Positions 10,203-21,046 are shown, numbered from the stretch's first letter. The stretch: 64,000 nucleotides of DNA from Poseidonia sp. (GCA_030827475.1 JAUREJ010000005.1:2128-66127); one strand, 5' to 3'. The notes: generated from the sequence alone by a model not told the origin. Numbers and translations: made by a program.

Positions 10203-10517
10203 ATGGGCCAATCCATGGTCACTATTGTGCAGGACGACTGCACCGGTTGCGATCTCTGCATCTATCACTGCCCGTTTGAAGCCCTCCTTCCTTTGGTTGA
10301 GAACCCCCCCGGACGCCGACATGCAAAACGGCCTGTGGTCGTCGAGGAAAATCGGTGTGTTGGTTGCTTGTCATGTATTGGTTCGTGCCCAACCGATGCG
10401 CTACATGAGATAGCGGTCCCACCCATTGCTTTGGAATCTCCCCTCCTGCAGACAAACGTACCTCAAGCGACGGTGCCCGTTCTTCGTTGGAAAAAACGGG
10501 CCACACGATGGGCATGA
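10203..10517 (+). CDS. 2x[4Fe-4S] dicluster ferredoxin
   Basis: CTGCDLCIYHCP and CVGCLSCIGSCP motifs. Confidence 0.9.
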   Translation: MGQSMVTIVQDDCTGCDLCIYHCPFEALLPLVENPPGRRHAKRPVVVEENRCVGCLSCIGSCPTDALHEIAVPPIALESPLLQTNVPQATVPVLRWKKRATRWA

Positions 10518-10591
10518 TGTATTTTTTAAAGAGCGGAACAATTAAAGTAAGAATATTCGCCCTCTCACACTCATAGGGCGTGAGAGGAAGA

Positions 10592-13500
10592 ATGGCTGAG
10601 ATTGAGTATTTGGATTCTCCACTCGAATCCGATGTCTTGTACGAGCGCTTGTGTGCTCCTGTTCGCAACTGGTTTCGGGATAAATTTCCTGATTTCACCA
10701 GGCCGCAAAAACTCGCCATTCCTGCCATCATGGAACAAAAACACCTCTTGTTGTGTTCGCCTACGGGGTCGGGAAAAACGCTCACGGCTTTTTTGAGCGT
10801 TATCGACCAACTGGTTAGGCTTGCATTGGATAAAAAATTGGAAAAAAAGGTGTATGCGATCTACATCTCGCCCATCAAGGCCCTCGCCAACGACATCCAG
10901 CGAAACTTGATCGGCCCGCTTGAAGAAATCAAAGCCAATTATCTGCCCGACCGAGCCCAAGAGATACGCGTCGGCTTGCGTACCGGAGATACCTCCCAAT
11001 CGGACCGTCAAAAGATGCTGCGAAACCCCCCCCATATCCTCATCACCACACCTGAAAGCCTTGCCATCGCCATCACCTCTCCACGTTTCCAACCCATCAT
11101 CAGCGAAGTCGAATACATGATCCTCGACGAACTGCATTCCATGGTGCCGACCAAACGCGGTGTCCATTTGTCCTTGACCCTCTCCTTGCTCGATTCTTTG
11201 CTCAAGAACCCGGTTCAGCGCATCGGCATCTCAGCCACCATGGAGCCCTTGGAAACGGTCGCTGAATATCTTGTGAGCAGCGATGACCGAGAGGCTCGTA
11301 GCCAAAACAGCGCGGTTTCGATTGCTAAAATATCTGGTTCTCGTGAACTTGATTTGGACATTCTCATCACCCATCCAAAGTTTAGCGATTTACCTGTCTT
11401 GAAAATCCTGGAATACAACATCGAAGCTATCGCCGACTTGATCAGCGCGCACACCACCACGCTCGTGTTCGCCAACACGAGAAAAATGACCGAAACCATC
11501 GTGCAAAAACTAAGGCCGTTCCTCGGGGATTTGGTTGCCGGACATCACGGTTCGATGGACAAGAACATCCGGTTGGACGTTGAAAAGCGTTTGAAATACG
11601 GCCACCTTCGTGCGGTTGTCACCTCATCGTCCTTGGAAATGGGTATCGATATTGGGTCGGTGGATTTGGTGCTTCAAGTTGGTAGCCCCGGTGATATCGC
11701 CACCGCTCTCCAGCGGATCGGACGAGCAGGCCACCACGTAGGGGGCATCCCAAGGGCCCGTTTCCTGCCGCAAAGCGTGGATGATTTGTTGGAACTCGCT
11801 GCGCTCCAAGCAGCGATTCAAACCGGAGACATGGACCGATTGGACTTCCCGCAAAATTGCCTGGATGTGGTGGCTCAATTCATCATCGGATTGGTGATTA
11901 TCAACGACCTCGATATCGACGAAGCCTTCGAAATCATCGTCAATTCTTGGTCGTATCGAAATTTCGAGTACGACGACTTCATCGAAGTTTTGGACATGCT
12001 CGAAGAAGAACGCCGCATTTGGGTGGATTGGGAAGAAAACATCTTCGGAAAGCGCGGTTATTCAAGAATGATTTACTACACGAACATCGGAACAATCGCC
12101 CCAGATAATTCGTACCTGGTGTTTAACGCAGAAGGCTCAATCTTGGGCAAACTTTCGGGTTCGTTCGTATCAAATTTGAGAACCGGTGACGTCATCTTGT
12201 TGGGTGGTTCGACCTACAGGGTCACCAACATCCAAGGAACCCGCGTGAACGTCACGAGCGTTACAGGGCACAGACCCACCATCCCATCGTGGTCCGGAGA
12301 GGCACGCAGTAGAAGCCGCGAGTTGTCCAAAGCCCTTCAGGACCTCATCGGGCATTGTATGGTGTCGCTGCGTCGTGAAAGCGACCCGAGGTTGCTTCTG
12401 CGCGACGTCTACGGACTTTCAAACGAAGTCGCCAACGCCATCGCTCGCCACCTTGAGGAGCATTCCTTGGATTCGTTCCAAGTCCCCGACCCTCATCGTA
12501 TCTTGATTGAACAGGTTGTCAGCGGTTCGTTCCCTACCTACATGATCACCACATGCAGAGGCCGTGGCTTCAACACCGCCCTTGGATACTTCATGGCCGG
12601 TCTTGCTGAGGCCAACAGCATCAACGTCATCGAGATGTCCTTTGACGAAAACGGATTGTTGCTGAAAACGTCTCAAGAGGTTGACCCCGGGTCAATGTAC
12701 ACCGCATTCCGGGACAACAATCACATCGATGTCATCGAACGGTACATCATCAACACCCAAATATTTGCAAAACGGTTCAGGGAGGTTTCCGGTCGCTCGC
12801 TCATCATCCCCAAAAGGATGGGTGCAGAAGAAATCAGCCCTCAACAATTCCAGCAGCGAGCCGATGCGCTTCTTCAGAAACACCGAAGCATGGATGGCAG
12901 CCTTTTGATGCGGGAAGCCAAAAACGAAATTCTCTTTGGCGATATTGACCTCATCGGCCTTGAACAATTCCTTGAGGCCTGCAGCACCGGGTCTGCTCGC
13001 ATCGTCCACACCAAGGTCGTGGTCCCTTCGAGGTTGGGCATGTCGTTGTTCATGTCGGCGTTTGAAGATTTGATGTCCATGAAAACTCGGGCGTTCTTGG
13101 TCAAGGACATTGACCCTTCCATCCTCCAACGCCTCTTGGGAACTCGGTCCCTCGCCACCGAACTGTCAAGCGAACAATTGACGGAGTATTATCTCGGGAA
13201 GGCACCGGTTCCGACCAATGCACGGGAACTGCACCATTTGATGAGCCACGGTGGTGGGCTCGACCGCCAATTCAACAACCCGTTGTACCGTGAGAAATTG
13301 AACGAGGTGTCCTTGGAAACCATCCGAGGTTGGGTAGAGGAACTCTGTCAGGCTGGCAAAATAACCAAGCTTGAGGGTACGGGTCAGGATGAATTGGATG
13401 GGAAATGGTTCACGCCTTATATGGCCGAAATTCACGGAACCCTCGGTTGCTTGGCTGTTGCCGGTGGAAAAGACGTCGAGAATCTTCTCGAATTGCACAC

Positions 13501-15874
13501 GCGTGGTCTCACCTACAACATCGCAACCAAGTTTGACGGGACAAAACCCGTTGAATGGGAAGAACGCGAGCTCGGCGACCCGCAGGAAGCTTTGCGCGTG
13601 AAGGTCATTGAAACGCTCGGTTCTGAGGGACCCAAATCCTCGGAGGAACTGGTAGAGCGGTTGCCGTTCCCTCAGGGCTTGATCGAAAGAGCCCTGCATG
13701 AACTTGAAGGGCGAAATGTCATTTCTGTCGGGTTTTTCACCCAAACCAACGATGCAGAATACATCCTGAAAATCGACGAACACCGTTTGACGGGTGGCGA
13801 AGAAGAAGTCGTTGAGTACCGCTGGATTCAAAATATGGTTTTGGAGAAATCATTCCATCAATATCCTGACAGTTTTACAGCGTTCAACGAACATGTTTTG
13901 TTCCAAAAACAACAGGAATTGCTCTACCGAGTCGACCAATTTGCCTTCAATGATTGGTCCGACGTTCAACTTGATTCGGATGTCATCATGGGCCGTCTGC
14001 TCCACAACCGAATCGGTTACACGACCAAAGGAAACATCCCTGTGCTCCTCGGCTTGAAACCCGAGCCCTACATCGGTCCGATGGAAGAGGAAATCCTAAC
14101 AAAAATTCCAGCTGGTGAAAATGTCACGCGGCAGGAGATCATGGCGAGTTATCCGAAAGGCGACGAGCATCGGGCACTTCAGCGAGATCTGAAAAATGCC
14201 TTGAACAACTTGGAGCGGCAAATGCTTGTTGTGAAACAATTCGAAGATATCGCCGGGCGCCGCCGCCGTCTTTCCTTGTTCCATCGCGTGGCAGATGTGT
14301 ACGAACCGCTTTCTTTTGAAGACGCATTGGTCGAAGTTGTCCGGAGAATGGGGCCTGTCAAGGCGAGTACCCTGCGCTTCTACGTGTCACGGTCCTTTGA
14401 GGAACTCACGGTCGCCCTCATGAACCTGGAACATGAAGGGCGCATCGCCAAGGTCATGGCCTTGGTACCCGAACCCGAGGCATTCTACTGTGCGCCTGAT
14501 GAGGTTGATGAACTTCAACGTCCACGGCGGGAAGACAGAACCGTTCGAATCCTCACCCAATCCGATCCTTATGTTTCTCGTTTCATATGGGAAGTCAGGA
14601 GTGTCCTTGACCGCGGCTGGTATTTGCCGATTTTCAAAGGGGTAGACCCCATCGGGAAGGTCCTGATGTTCAAGGTCAACGATTACTTGGAAATCAAAGA
14701 CCTGCATGTCCCAACTGCGTATCTGGATGAATTCTGCCAAGCGTTTGAGTTGTTGCTTGAAAATCATGCTGCTCAACTGGTGGATGTATCGGTGTTGTCG
14801 AATTTCAACAGCGAACCCATTACTTCACTTGACCAAACCACACGAGAGGCTCTTGAACGCATTGGATTCAAGGTGACGGGTGAGCGAATGATCAGGGGTG
14901 CCGTGGTGGACCCGCAACCCCGAGAAATCGCCGAACGAGCCTTGTTCCATCAGCACCATTTGCACCAAAACACGCGTCTTGAAAACGAGATTTTAGCACT
15001 GAAGCATGTGGACGAAATTCGGGATGATTTTGCGTTGCGAGGACGTGCTGAACTCTACCGGGTCGATCTGAAGAGCATGGCGAGTGCCCATCGTCTCCAC
15101 CACGGCATCAACCTGAGGGGTCACCAAGTTTGGGCGAGTTACGAACATTTCCAAAACATCCTCGCCATACGCAACCAACCACCCGATGAAGAACTCATCG
15201 ATATCATTGAGTTCTTTAGCAACCACTCCGACCCGAATTTGTTCAAAGAACGGCATGCCCTTTCTCAATCTGAATTCCGTAAATTGATTCAACCGTTGAT
15301 GAAGACGGGGCACATCGTTCAAGATTTCCGTGGCGGATTCCGCAGTGTTTTTGTCGCCGAAGGTGTCGATCGCGCTGAATTGCGGAAAGAGTACATCCGG
15401 CGTTTGGTGGAAAAATACCCCGTCATTACCCTTCGTCAGTTGACTCAACTCGCTGGCCCCTCGTTCAAGCCGGAGGAGCTCAAGGCCGTTTTGAATGGCT
15501 TTGAAGAGGACGAGACCCTCATCAAGGGCTTCTTGATCAAAGATTTTCATCAGGTTTGTTGGGGCAGGAAATCCTTGCTTCAAGATGCCAAATCCATTCC
15601 ATCAATACGGGATTTCGTTCTCCCTCCTTCCGACCCAATCGCTCCTTACTTCACGGACATCATGAAGGAGAGGTTCGGTTTCGGTTCGGCATATTTGGTG
15701 TTCAAAAATGCTGAACCGGTGGCTGCGTTCAAGGCCAACACCCGAAACAAAATCATTGACGTCAAGGATTTCGAAGGCTCCGAAAAAGCCTGGCGCATCG
15801 TGAAGGAATTTGCTTGGGAACACCAAATGCCGCTGCAAACCGAACTCCGCATTGGTGGGAAGAAACTGGACTGA
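10592..15874 (+). CDS. Lhr-family SF2 ATP-dependent helicase with long C-terminal extension
   Basis: SPTGSGKT, SPIKALAND, ITTPESL, DELH, GISAT, HHGS and QRIGRAGH motifs, plus the Lhr signature IPSWSGE. About 900 extra C-terminal residues. Confidence 0.92.
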   Translation: MAEIEYLDSPLESDVLYERLCAPVRNWFRDKFPDFTRPQKLAIPAIMEQKHLLLCSPTGSGKTLTAFLSVIDQLVRLALDKKLEKKVYAIYISPIKALANDIQRNLIGPLEEIKANYLPDRAQEIRVGLRTGDTSQSDRQKMLRNPPHILITTPESLAIAITSPRFQPIISEVEYMILDELHSMVPTKRGVHLSLTLSLLDSLLKNPVQRIGISATMEPLETVAEYLVSSDDREARSQNSAVSIAKISGSRELDLDILITHPKFSDLPVLKILEYNIEAIADLISAHTTTLVFANTRKMTETIVQKLRPFLGDLVAGHHGSMDKNIRLDVEKRLKYGHLRAVVTSSSLEMGIDIGSVDLVLQVGSPGDIATALQRIGRAGHHVGGIPRARFLPQSVDDLLELAALQAAIQTGDMDRLDFPQNCLDVVAQFIIGLVIINDLDIDEAFEIIVNSWSYRNFEYDDFIEVLDMLEEERRIWVDWEENIFGKRGYSRMIYYTNIGTIAPDNSYLVFNAEGSILGKLSGSFVSNLRTGDVILLGGSTYRVTNIQGTRVNVTSVTGHRPTIPSWSGEARSRSRELSKALQDLIGHCMVSLRRESDPRLLLRDVYGLSNEVANAIARHLEEHSLDSFQVPDPHRILIEQVVSGSFPTYMITTCRGRGFNTALGYFMAGLAEANSINVIEMSFDENGLLLKTSQEVDPGSMYTAFRDNNHIDVIERYIINTQIFAKRFREVSGRSLIIPKRMGAEEISPQQFQQRADALLQKHRSMDGSLLMREAKNEILFGDIDLIGLEQFLEACSTGSARIVHTKVVVPSRLGMSLFMSAFEDLMSMKTRAFLVKDIDPSILQRLLGTRSLATELSSEQLTEYYLGKAPVPTNARELHHLMSHGGGLDRQFNNPLYREKLNEVSLETIRGWVEELCQAGKITKLEGTGQDELDGKWFTPYMAEIHGTLGCLAVAGGKDVENLLELHTRGLTYNIATKFDGTKPVEWEERELGDPQEALRVKVIETLGSEGPKSSEELVERLPFPQGLIERALHELEGRNVISVGFFTQTNDAEYILKIDEHRLTGGEEEVVEYRWIQNMVLEKSFHQYPDSFTAFNEHVLFQKQQELLYRVDQFAFNDWSDVQLDSDVIMGRLLHNRIGYTTKGNIPVLLGLKPEPYIGPMEEEILTKIPAGENVTRQEIMASYPKGDEHRALQRDLKNALNNLERQMLVVKQFEDIAGRRRRLSLFHRVADVYEPLSFEDALVEVVRRMGPVKASTLRFYVSRSFEELTVALMNLEHEGRIAKVMALVPEPEAFYCAPDEVDELQRPRREDRTVRILTQSDPYVSRFIWEVRSVLDRGWYLPIFKGVDPIGKVLMFKVNDYLEIKDLHVPTAYLDEFCQAFELLLENHAAQLVDVSVLSNFNSEPITSLDQTTREALERIGFKVTGERMIRGAVVDPQPREIAERALFHQHHLHQNTRLENEILALKHVDEIRDDFALRGRAELYRVDLKSMASAHRLHHGINLRGHQVWASYEHFQNILAIRNQPPDEELIDIIEFFSNHSDPNLFKERHALSQSEFRKLIQPLMKTGHIVQDFRGGFRSVFVAEGVDRAELRKEYIRRLVEKYPVITLRQLTQLAGPSFKPEELKAVLNGFEEDETLIKGFLIKDFHQVCWGRKSLLQDAKSIPSIRDFVLPPSDPIAPYFTDIMKERFGFGSAYLVFKNAEPVAAFKANTRNKIIDVKDFEGSEKAWRIVKEFAWEHQMPLQTELRIGGKKLD

Positions 15875-16101
15875 TCAAAACCACTTTTTCTGGGCCCGGC
15901 CAAGGCGCATGGACTCGTTGAACGAGGTAAACCTGAATTCACAAGCGGACGTATCGCGCATGGGCTTTGCCTCATGCCTCAATATCAACGCGCCATTTTC
16001 TTTGATTTGACAAATTGAAGAGGGGATTGTACCTATTTCGCCGTTCAGGTGCAAAGCGATTTACCAACTCGTTAATAGTGGAGTGCCGTTTAGTTTTGGA
16101 C

Positions 16102-19100
16102 ATGAAGAAGGCACTTTGCATACTTTTTCTTTTTCTTTTCAGTCTTGCGACACCCGTTCTGAACACTTCCGCCGAAGAGACCGGTCAGGGGATGGAAGTG
16201 CTTCACACCGCCATCAATCCCGCCAATAACAACACCTACCACCTTCTTTCCTCCTCCTCGTGGACCGACGCAGCTTCCTATGCTCAATCGCTTGGTGGTT
16301 TTCTCGTAACCGTGGACGACAGCGACGAAAACACCTGGTTGTTTGAGACGTTTGGCACATGGGGAAATCAATCTCGACACCTCTGGATTGGTTTGAACGA
16401 TGCAGCCGATGAAGGGCAGTTCAAGTGGCACGATGGTACGCCGTTTTTCTACCGCTCTTGGGGCGACGCCCAGCCCTCCGAGGGAGGGGATGAAGATTAC
16501 GTTCACATCACAGGAACGAACATGGGGAACATCGACCCGGGAACTTGGAACGATTTGGAAAACGACCCACAATACTTCCCGGTCTATGGTGTGGTCGAAA
16601 TCGGACCCGGAGCAGATTATGCTCTCCGCTTTGACGGGGAGTCCGACCACGTGCTTGTTCAGGACGATAGCGGGCTCGACACGAGCAACGACTCCAGCCT
16701 CGTTATCTCGGCTTGGGTTCATCCGTTTTCCGTTCAAGGGAATCAATTCATCATGATGAAAGGTGATTACGGATGGGGGCTTTACCTCAGCGACGACCGT
16801 GTCGCCTTCGCATCGGAATACAGCCTTGCCCGTCATCCTACCTCAAACGGAAGTGTTCAGGCAAATGTTTGGACCTTGGTGGGTGTTGAAGTTACGCGAG
16901 GTGTGGGTTACACCTTCTCCATCAACGGGGAAGAGGCGGGTACGGTGCTGGACGAGGATGCCGATATTCCCCTCGGCGACTTTGGCTCGAACGATTGTTT
17001 TGAGCAAGGATTGGCTTGCGATGAACTCTACATTGGTCGGATGGGTGCCGGTTGCGATTGTGCACATTTCGAGGGTCTTCTCGACAACATCACCGTGCTC
17101 GCTGGGAACAACCTCTCCAACCTCGAAGAGCGAACAGCGTGGATGTTTGGTGAGGGAGAGGGTGCGACAACGCAAGACAGCGTGGCTAACCGAACTGCGA
17201 CCATCCACGGGGCGGACTGGGTGATGCCCGATGGAAGCATCGTAGCCCAGGCCGTTGAACTGAAAATGGGCGAAGAGCATTTGGTTGAGGGCGCCTCCGA
17301 AGGCGACACCCTACTGTTTTTCAGCGACGTAGAAACGTACACTCGGACGTTGTCGTGGTTCTCCTCGTCGTGGATGTTTGACGATTGGAACGATGACATG
17401 GAATCAATGTTTACGGTTTACGTAGGCTTCAATCAAGTTCCGGACAGGTGGGTGAACAACGGCTCGTTCTCGGATGATTTTGGCTTCGCATATCAAGAAT
17501 GGTCGTGGCCGGATGAAGGTACGATTTGGTTTGTTATGGTCGTTGAATCCCCGATCGGGGAACTCTACATCTCTCTGGACGCGGATGTGGCTGACCCTCC
17601 TCCGACGCTCGAAGACATGACCGAACTCAAGGAGAGCATCGCTGTCACCAATCAAGAGGTGGGAGCGAATTTTGATAGCGGTCAAGGTTACGGTGCTCTG
17701 TACTATTACGTCAACGTCACCGAACCTCTGGCAGACCTCAGAATTCGCACCTACGGCGGACGGGGGGATGTTGACCTCGGTATTTCCTATTACAGCCCAC
17801 CTGCTCCAGACGATTTCTGGTTTTTTAATGACGGTGATTTTGGAATTTCCCTTGACGGAGAGGCCGAAAAGAGCACCTCAAAATCCGAATGGTCAACCGG
17901 CCCAGGAAACGATGAGGAAGTTCACCTCTACGATGTCCAGCCCGGCATTTACTACATCACGGCATACACCTATCGAAACGCTCGTGGTTTTACCATTCTT
18001 GCCGATTTCATTTACCCTCCAACCAATGTAGAGCCTGCAGATGCCATCACCTTATCGCCGGGCATTGAATACGGCTTGTTGAGCGGATACGATGGACTGA
18101 TGCAATATTTCAAGGTAGACGTCCCTCAAGGCACAGAACGGCTGGTTGTTGAGCTCACGGAGGGTGGCGGCGAGGCCTCTCTCTACATGCGACACGAGCA
18201 GGCACCAACCACAACCGCCTACGACCACCACACGACGACCGCCGGGGTCGGTGACCGTGTGGCATTTAACGACCCAACACCAGGTTGGTGGTACATCCTC
18301 CTCACCACGGATTCAGCATTTAGCGGCGTGAACATTCTTGCTGAATTCGCAGACCGTTATGTCTGGGAGTATAACGGCGTTCCCATTGAACTCTTCAACG
18401 GTGAAACAGTTGAGGGCATTGGCGTTGGAAAACAAGGCAGTGTGTCCTTCTTCGCGATGCTGGACCGTCCAGGGAATTTCTTCCAAGTTGAAACCTACGG
18501 TGGTGTTGGTGATGCACAATTGCTCCTCGAGGGGTCGCAGTACGAGGTTGAGTTTGGTGATTGGGGTAGGCCCATGCAAGATGGCGAGATACAGACCTCC
18601 ACGAACGAGGTCACGTTGAAGAGCGGTGATGATGGAACTCAACATGTTGTACGGTTTGAAGCGCCGATGAACGGGCGAATCAGCATCCAACTGATTGGCA
18701 TTTCCGATGTTGAAGACATCTCCATCGTCGCTCGCTGGGACGTTTCTGAATTCCCAATTGAACCTGTGGAACCGATTGAACCGACCTCCGTTGAAACGTG
18801 TTCCGAGTCGGCTGATGGTATGTTCAGGAAATTGGATCGCAACCTCGATGGCATCCTTACCGAAGAAGAGCGTCAAAGCATCGATGCATCCGAGAGTAAC
18901 CGTCTTGCCATGGACCTCAACGGCGACGATGCGATTGAATACCGAGAATACCTCCAATTCAAATGCACGTGTGACGTTGAATTACAATCCGTTTTTGATG
19001 GCTTTTCAGAGGGCCGTAACACCGTCAGCCTGTCATCGCTTCGTTCTCATACTTGGGCCAACGTCTACGATTTGAACTTGTACGACGCCAACCAAGACGC

Positions 19101-19680
19101 CTTCCTTGACAAAGAGGAACTTGAATTGCTCATCCTGATGTGCGAGACGACGTTTGACGCCTTTGATGGTGACGGTGATGGCGTTCCAGATGAAGACGAT
19201 GCCTTCCCCAACGACCCGACCGAAACCAAGGATACCGATGGTGACGGTGTGGGCGACAATGCCGACATCGTGGCTTCCGTTTCCAACGACATCGTTTACG
19301 CCACAGCAGGAACCCTCATCGTGGTGCTGCTCGGGCTCCTCATGCTGTTTTTGCGAAGCGGTTCGCAAGGTCAGGCGGCGTTGGACAAGGAGTGGGGTGA
19401 TGAGGCTCGCTTTGAGGATGCGGTCTCCAATCAAACAACATCCTTCGATCCCTTTGTGAACGGTGAAAGTGTCCTCGATACACCACCGGTTCTGTCCGAA
19501 ATTACTTCGGCACAACCATTCAATACTGAGGCACGTTCCTCGATGGGTCATGAACCTCCAAACAGGGCGTTGATGGGCATGATGCTGGACGGTGTCGAAA
19601 CCGTTGAACATCCAACGGGAAGTGGACACTTTTGGATTCGTCTCGATCCTGAATCGGATTGGGAAGTCAAGAACCTCTGA
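16102..19680 (+). CDS. Large cell-surface protein: C-type lectin, LamG, PPC-like repeats, EF-hands, TSP3-like Ca-binding repeats and TM anchor
   Basis: Signal peptide MKKALCILFLFLFSLA; WIGLND..WND (C-type lectin); LRFDG..FEGLLDNI (LamG); YFKVDVP/GDVDL (PPC-like); DRNLDG and DLNGDD (EF-hand); DGDGDGVPDEDDAFPNDP; TM helix about 100 aa from the C-terminus. Confidence 0.85.
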   Translation: MKKALCILFLFLFSLATPVLNTSAEETGQGMEVLHTAINPANNNTYHLLSSSSWTDAASYAQSLGGFLVTVDDSDENTWLFETFGTWGNQSRHLWIGLNDAADEGQFKWHDGTPFFYRSWGDAQPSEGGDEDYVHITGTNMGNIDPGTWNDLENDPQYFPVYGVVEIGPGADYALRFDGESDHVLVQDDSGLDTSNDSSLVISAWVHPFSVQGNQFIMMKGDYGWGLYLSDDRVAFASEYSLARHPTSNGSVQANVWTLVGVEVTRGVGYTFSINGEEAGTVLDEDADIPLGDFGSNDCFEQGLACDELYIGRMGAGCDCAHFEGLLDNITVLAGNNLSNLEERTAWMFGEGEGATTQDSVANRTATIHGADWVMPDGSIVAQAVELKMGEEHLVEGASEGDTLLFFSDVETYTRTLSWFSSSWMFDDWNDDMESMFTVYVGFNQVPDRWVNNGSFSDDFGFAYQEWSWPDEGTIWFVMVVESPIGELYISLDADVADPPPTLEDMTELKESIAVTNQEVGANFDSGQGYGALYYYVNVTEPLADLRIRTYGGRGDVDLGISYYSPPAPDDFWFFNDGDFGISLDGEAEKSTSKSEWSTGPGNDEEVHLYDVQPGIYYITAYTYRNARGFTILADFIYPPTNVEPADAITLSPGIEYGLLSGYDGLMQYFKVDVPQGTERLVVELTEGGGEASLYMRHEQAPTTTAYDHHTTTAGVGDRVAFNDPTPGWWYILLTTDSAFSGVNILAEFADRYVWEYNGVPIELFNGETVEGIGVGKQGSVSFFAMLDRPGNFFQVETYGGVGDAQLLLEGSQYEVEFGDWGRPMQDGEIQTSTNEVTLKSGDDGTQHVVRFEAPMNGRISIQLIGISDVEDISIVARWDVSEFPIEPVEPIEPTSVETCSESADGMFRKLDRNLDGILTEEERQSIDASESNRLAMDLNGDDAIEYREYLQFKCTCDVELQSVFDGFSEGRNTVSLSSLRSHTWANVYDLNLYDANQDAFLDKEELELLILMCETTFDAFDGDGDGVPDEDDAFPNDPTETKDTDGDGVGDNADIVASVSNDIVYATAGTLIVVLLGLLMLFLRSGSQGQAALDKEWGDEARFEDAVSNQTTSFDPFVNGESVLDTPPVLSEITSAQPFNTEARSSMGHEPPNRALMGMMLDGVETVEHPTGSGHFWIRLDPESDWEVKNL

Positions 19681-19717
19681 TGGAAGGACTTTAATCCACG
19701 CCCGAGACGGCAAAGTT

Positions 19718-19789
19718 GCCCTTGTAGTGTAGTGGATATCACCCTCGCCTCCGGAGCGAGGAACCCGCGTTCGAATCGCGGCAGGGGCG
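19718..19789 (+). tRNA. tRNA-Arg (anticodon CCG), intronless, CCA not encoded
   Basis: Acceptor stem GCCCTTG/CAGGGGC, D arm TAGTGTAGTGGATATCAC, anticodon arm CTCGC-CTCCGGA-GCGAG, T arm CCGCG-TTCGAAT-CGCGG. TTTAAT lies 28 nt upstream. Confidence 0.96.
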
Positions 19790-19806
19790 CTTCAGACGGT
19801 TTGACC

Positions 19807-20895
19807 TCAGTCTTCCAGAACAAAGTTCTGCCAGCGGCGCATATAATCAATGAACACGGGGCTCAATGCTTGATTTTCCAGATGGTCCGTGCTGAACGGT
19901 GGCCGTGCTGGTTCAAGTGCCCCCTCTGTCAAGTACGAGGGCCAATTGTGATGGCCAATACCCGCTCGGGCAACACCGATGAAATCCGCTCCTTGCCTCA
20001 ATCCATGCTCAGCGTCCTCGGCGGTCCAAATAGCCCCTGTTGTGATGAGGGGGAGTTTACCGTTGACCCATTCTGCGAACCATTCAGTGTATCGTTGAGT
20101 TCGTTGGTCCAATGTCCCTTCCTCGTTGATGTCCCAACATGAGAGATGGAGAAAATCAAGTTCCCACCCCAAACAGGCCTTCGCCGTTGCCTTCGCGTCC
20201 TCCAAGGTGATGCCCGTCGAGGTTTGAACGGGAGACAAGCGAACACCGACGAGAAATTCTGGCGAAGTGTGCTGGCGGACCTCTTTCACGATGGCGGAAA
20301 GGAACCGATGCCTCGCTTCGGTAGAGCCCCCCCAAGCATCGGTTCGCTGATTGCTCGTTGGCCCAAGAAATTGAGAAATCAAATACCCGTGGGCACCGTG
20401 GAGTTCAATGCCGTCAAAACCAGCCTCCTCGCACCGGCGAGCAGCTTGGCCGAAGGCATGCAGCGTGCCGTGGATTTCGTGCACTTCCATGGCACGTGCC
20501 GTCACATTTGGAGATACGCTGTGGGTGGATGCTGATTTAGGCTGGACGCCCGTGATTTCTTCAGGCGCCCTTATTCCGCCGTGGAAAAGTTGAGCCAAGG
20601 CGAGGGCACCGTGTTTTTTGATAGAACGCGCTGTCTTCGTCATGCCGGGTAGGAAAGCATCGGAATACGTAGCGAATGCTCCGTTCCAACCCTTTCCATC
20701 GGCTTCAACATGGGTGGCTGCGGTAAACACCATCCCAAAACCCCCCCTGGCTCTTGCTTCCAGCCATTTCACTTCAGCCTCCGAGATTTCCCCGCTCTCG
20801 TGGCTTTGTTTGTTGGTCATCGCCGCTAGGACACAACGGTTTCTAACCTCGATGCCCGCCCGCTCAAAAACAAAGGGTTGGAGGGCTGGGTGCAT
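19807..20895 (-). CDS. NADH:flavin oxidoreductase (Old Yellow Enzyme family)
   Basis: RNRCVLAAMT, QLFHGG, AGFDGIELHGAHGYLISQFL and NQRTDAWGGS motifs. Start taken at ATG 20895. Confidence 0.93.
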   Translation of the reverse strand: MHPALQPFVFERAGIEVRNRCVLAAMTNKQSHESGEISEAEVKWLEARARGGFGMVFTAATHVEADGKGWNGAFATYSDAFLPGMTKTARSIKKHGALALAQLFHGGIRAPEEITGVQPKSASTHSVSPNVTARAMEVHEIHGTLHAFGQAARRCEEAGFDGIELHGAHGYLISQFLGPTSNQRTDAWGGSTEARHRFLSAIVKEVRQHTSPEFLVGVRLSPVQTSTGITLEDAKATAKACLGWELDFLHLSCWDINEEGTLDQRTQRYTEWFAEWVNGKLPLITTGAIWTAEDAEHGLRQGADFIGVARAGIGHHNWPSYLTEGALEPARPPFSTDHLENQALSPVFIDYMRRWQNFVLED

Positions 20896-21046
20896 GATTG
20901 TGTTGTGACGAGCCCTCAAATCATGTTTTCCAACCACAGGCCTCATGAATCCGAGCAAACTGGCGTGAGATGGGCACACGTGATCTAGCGGTTATGATGG
21001 GAGGTTCCCAACCTCTCTACCCGAGTTCGAGTCTCGGCGTGTGCAC

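Noticed and set aside
15875..16101. 226-nt spacer between the Lhr gene and the surface-protein gene
   Set aside because: I found no convincing ORF, repeat or stable structure. It is probably terminator plus promoter sequence.
19680..19810. tRNA-Arg as an integration site for an island
   Set aside because: I saw no integrase and no duplicated tRNA 3' end in the window, and the flanking genes look native.
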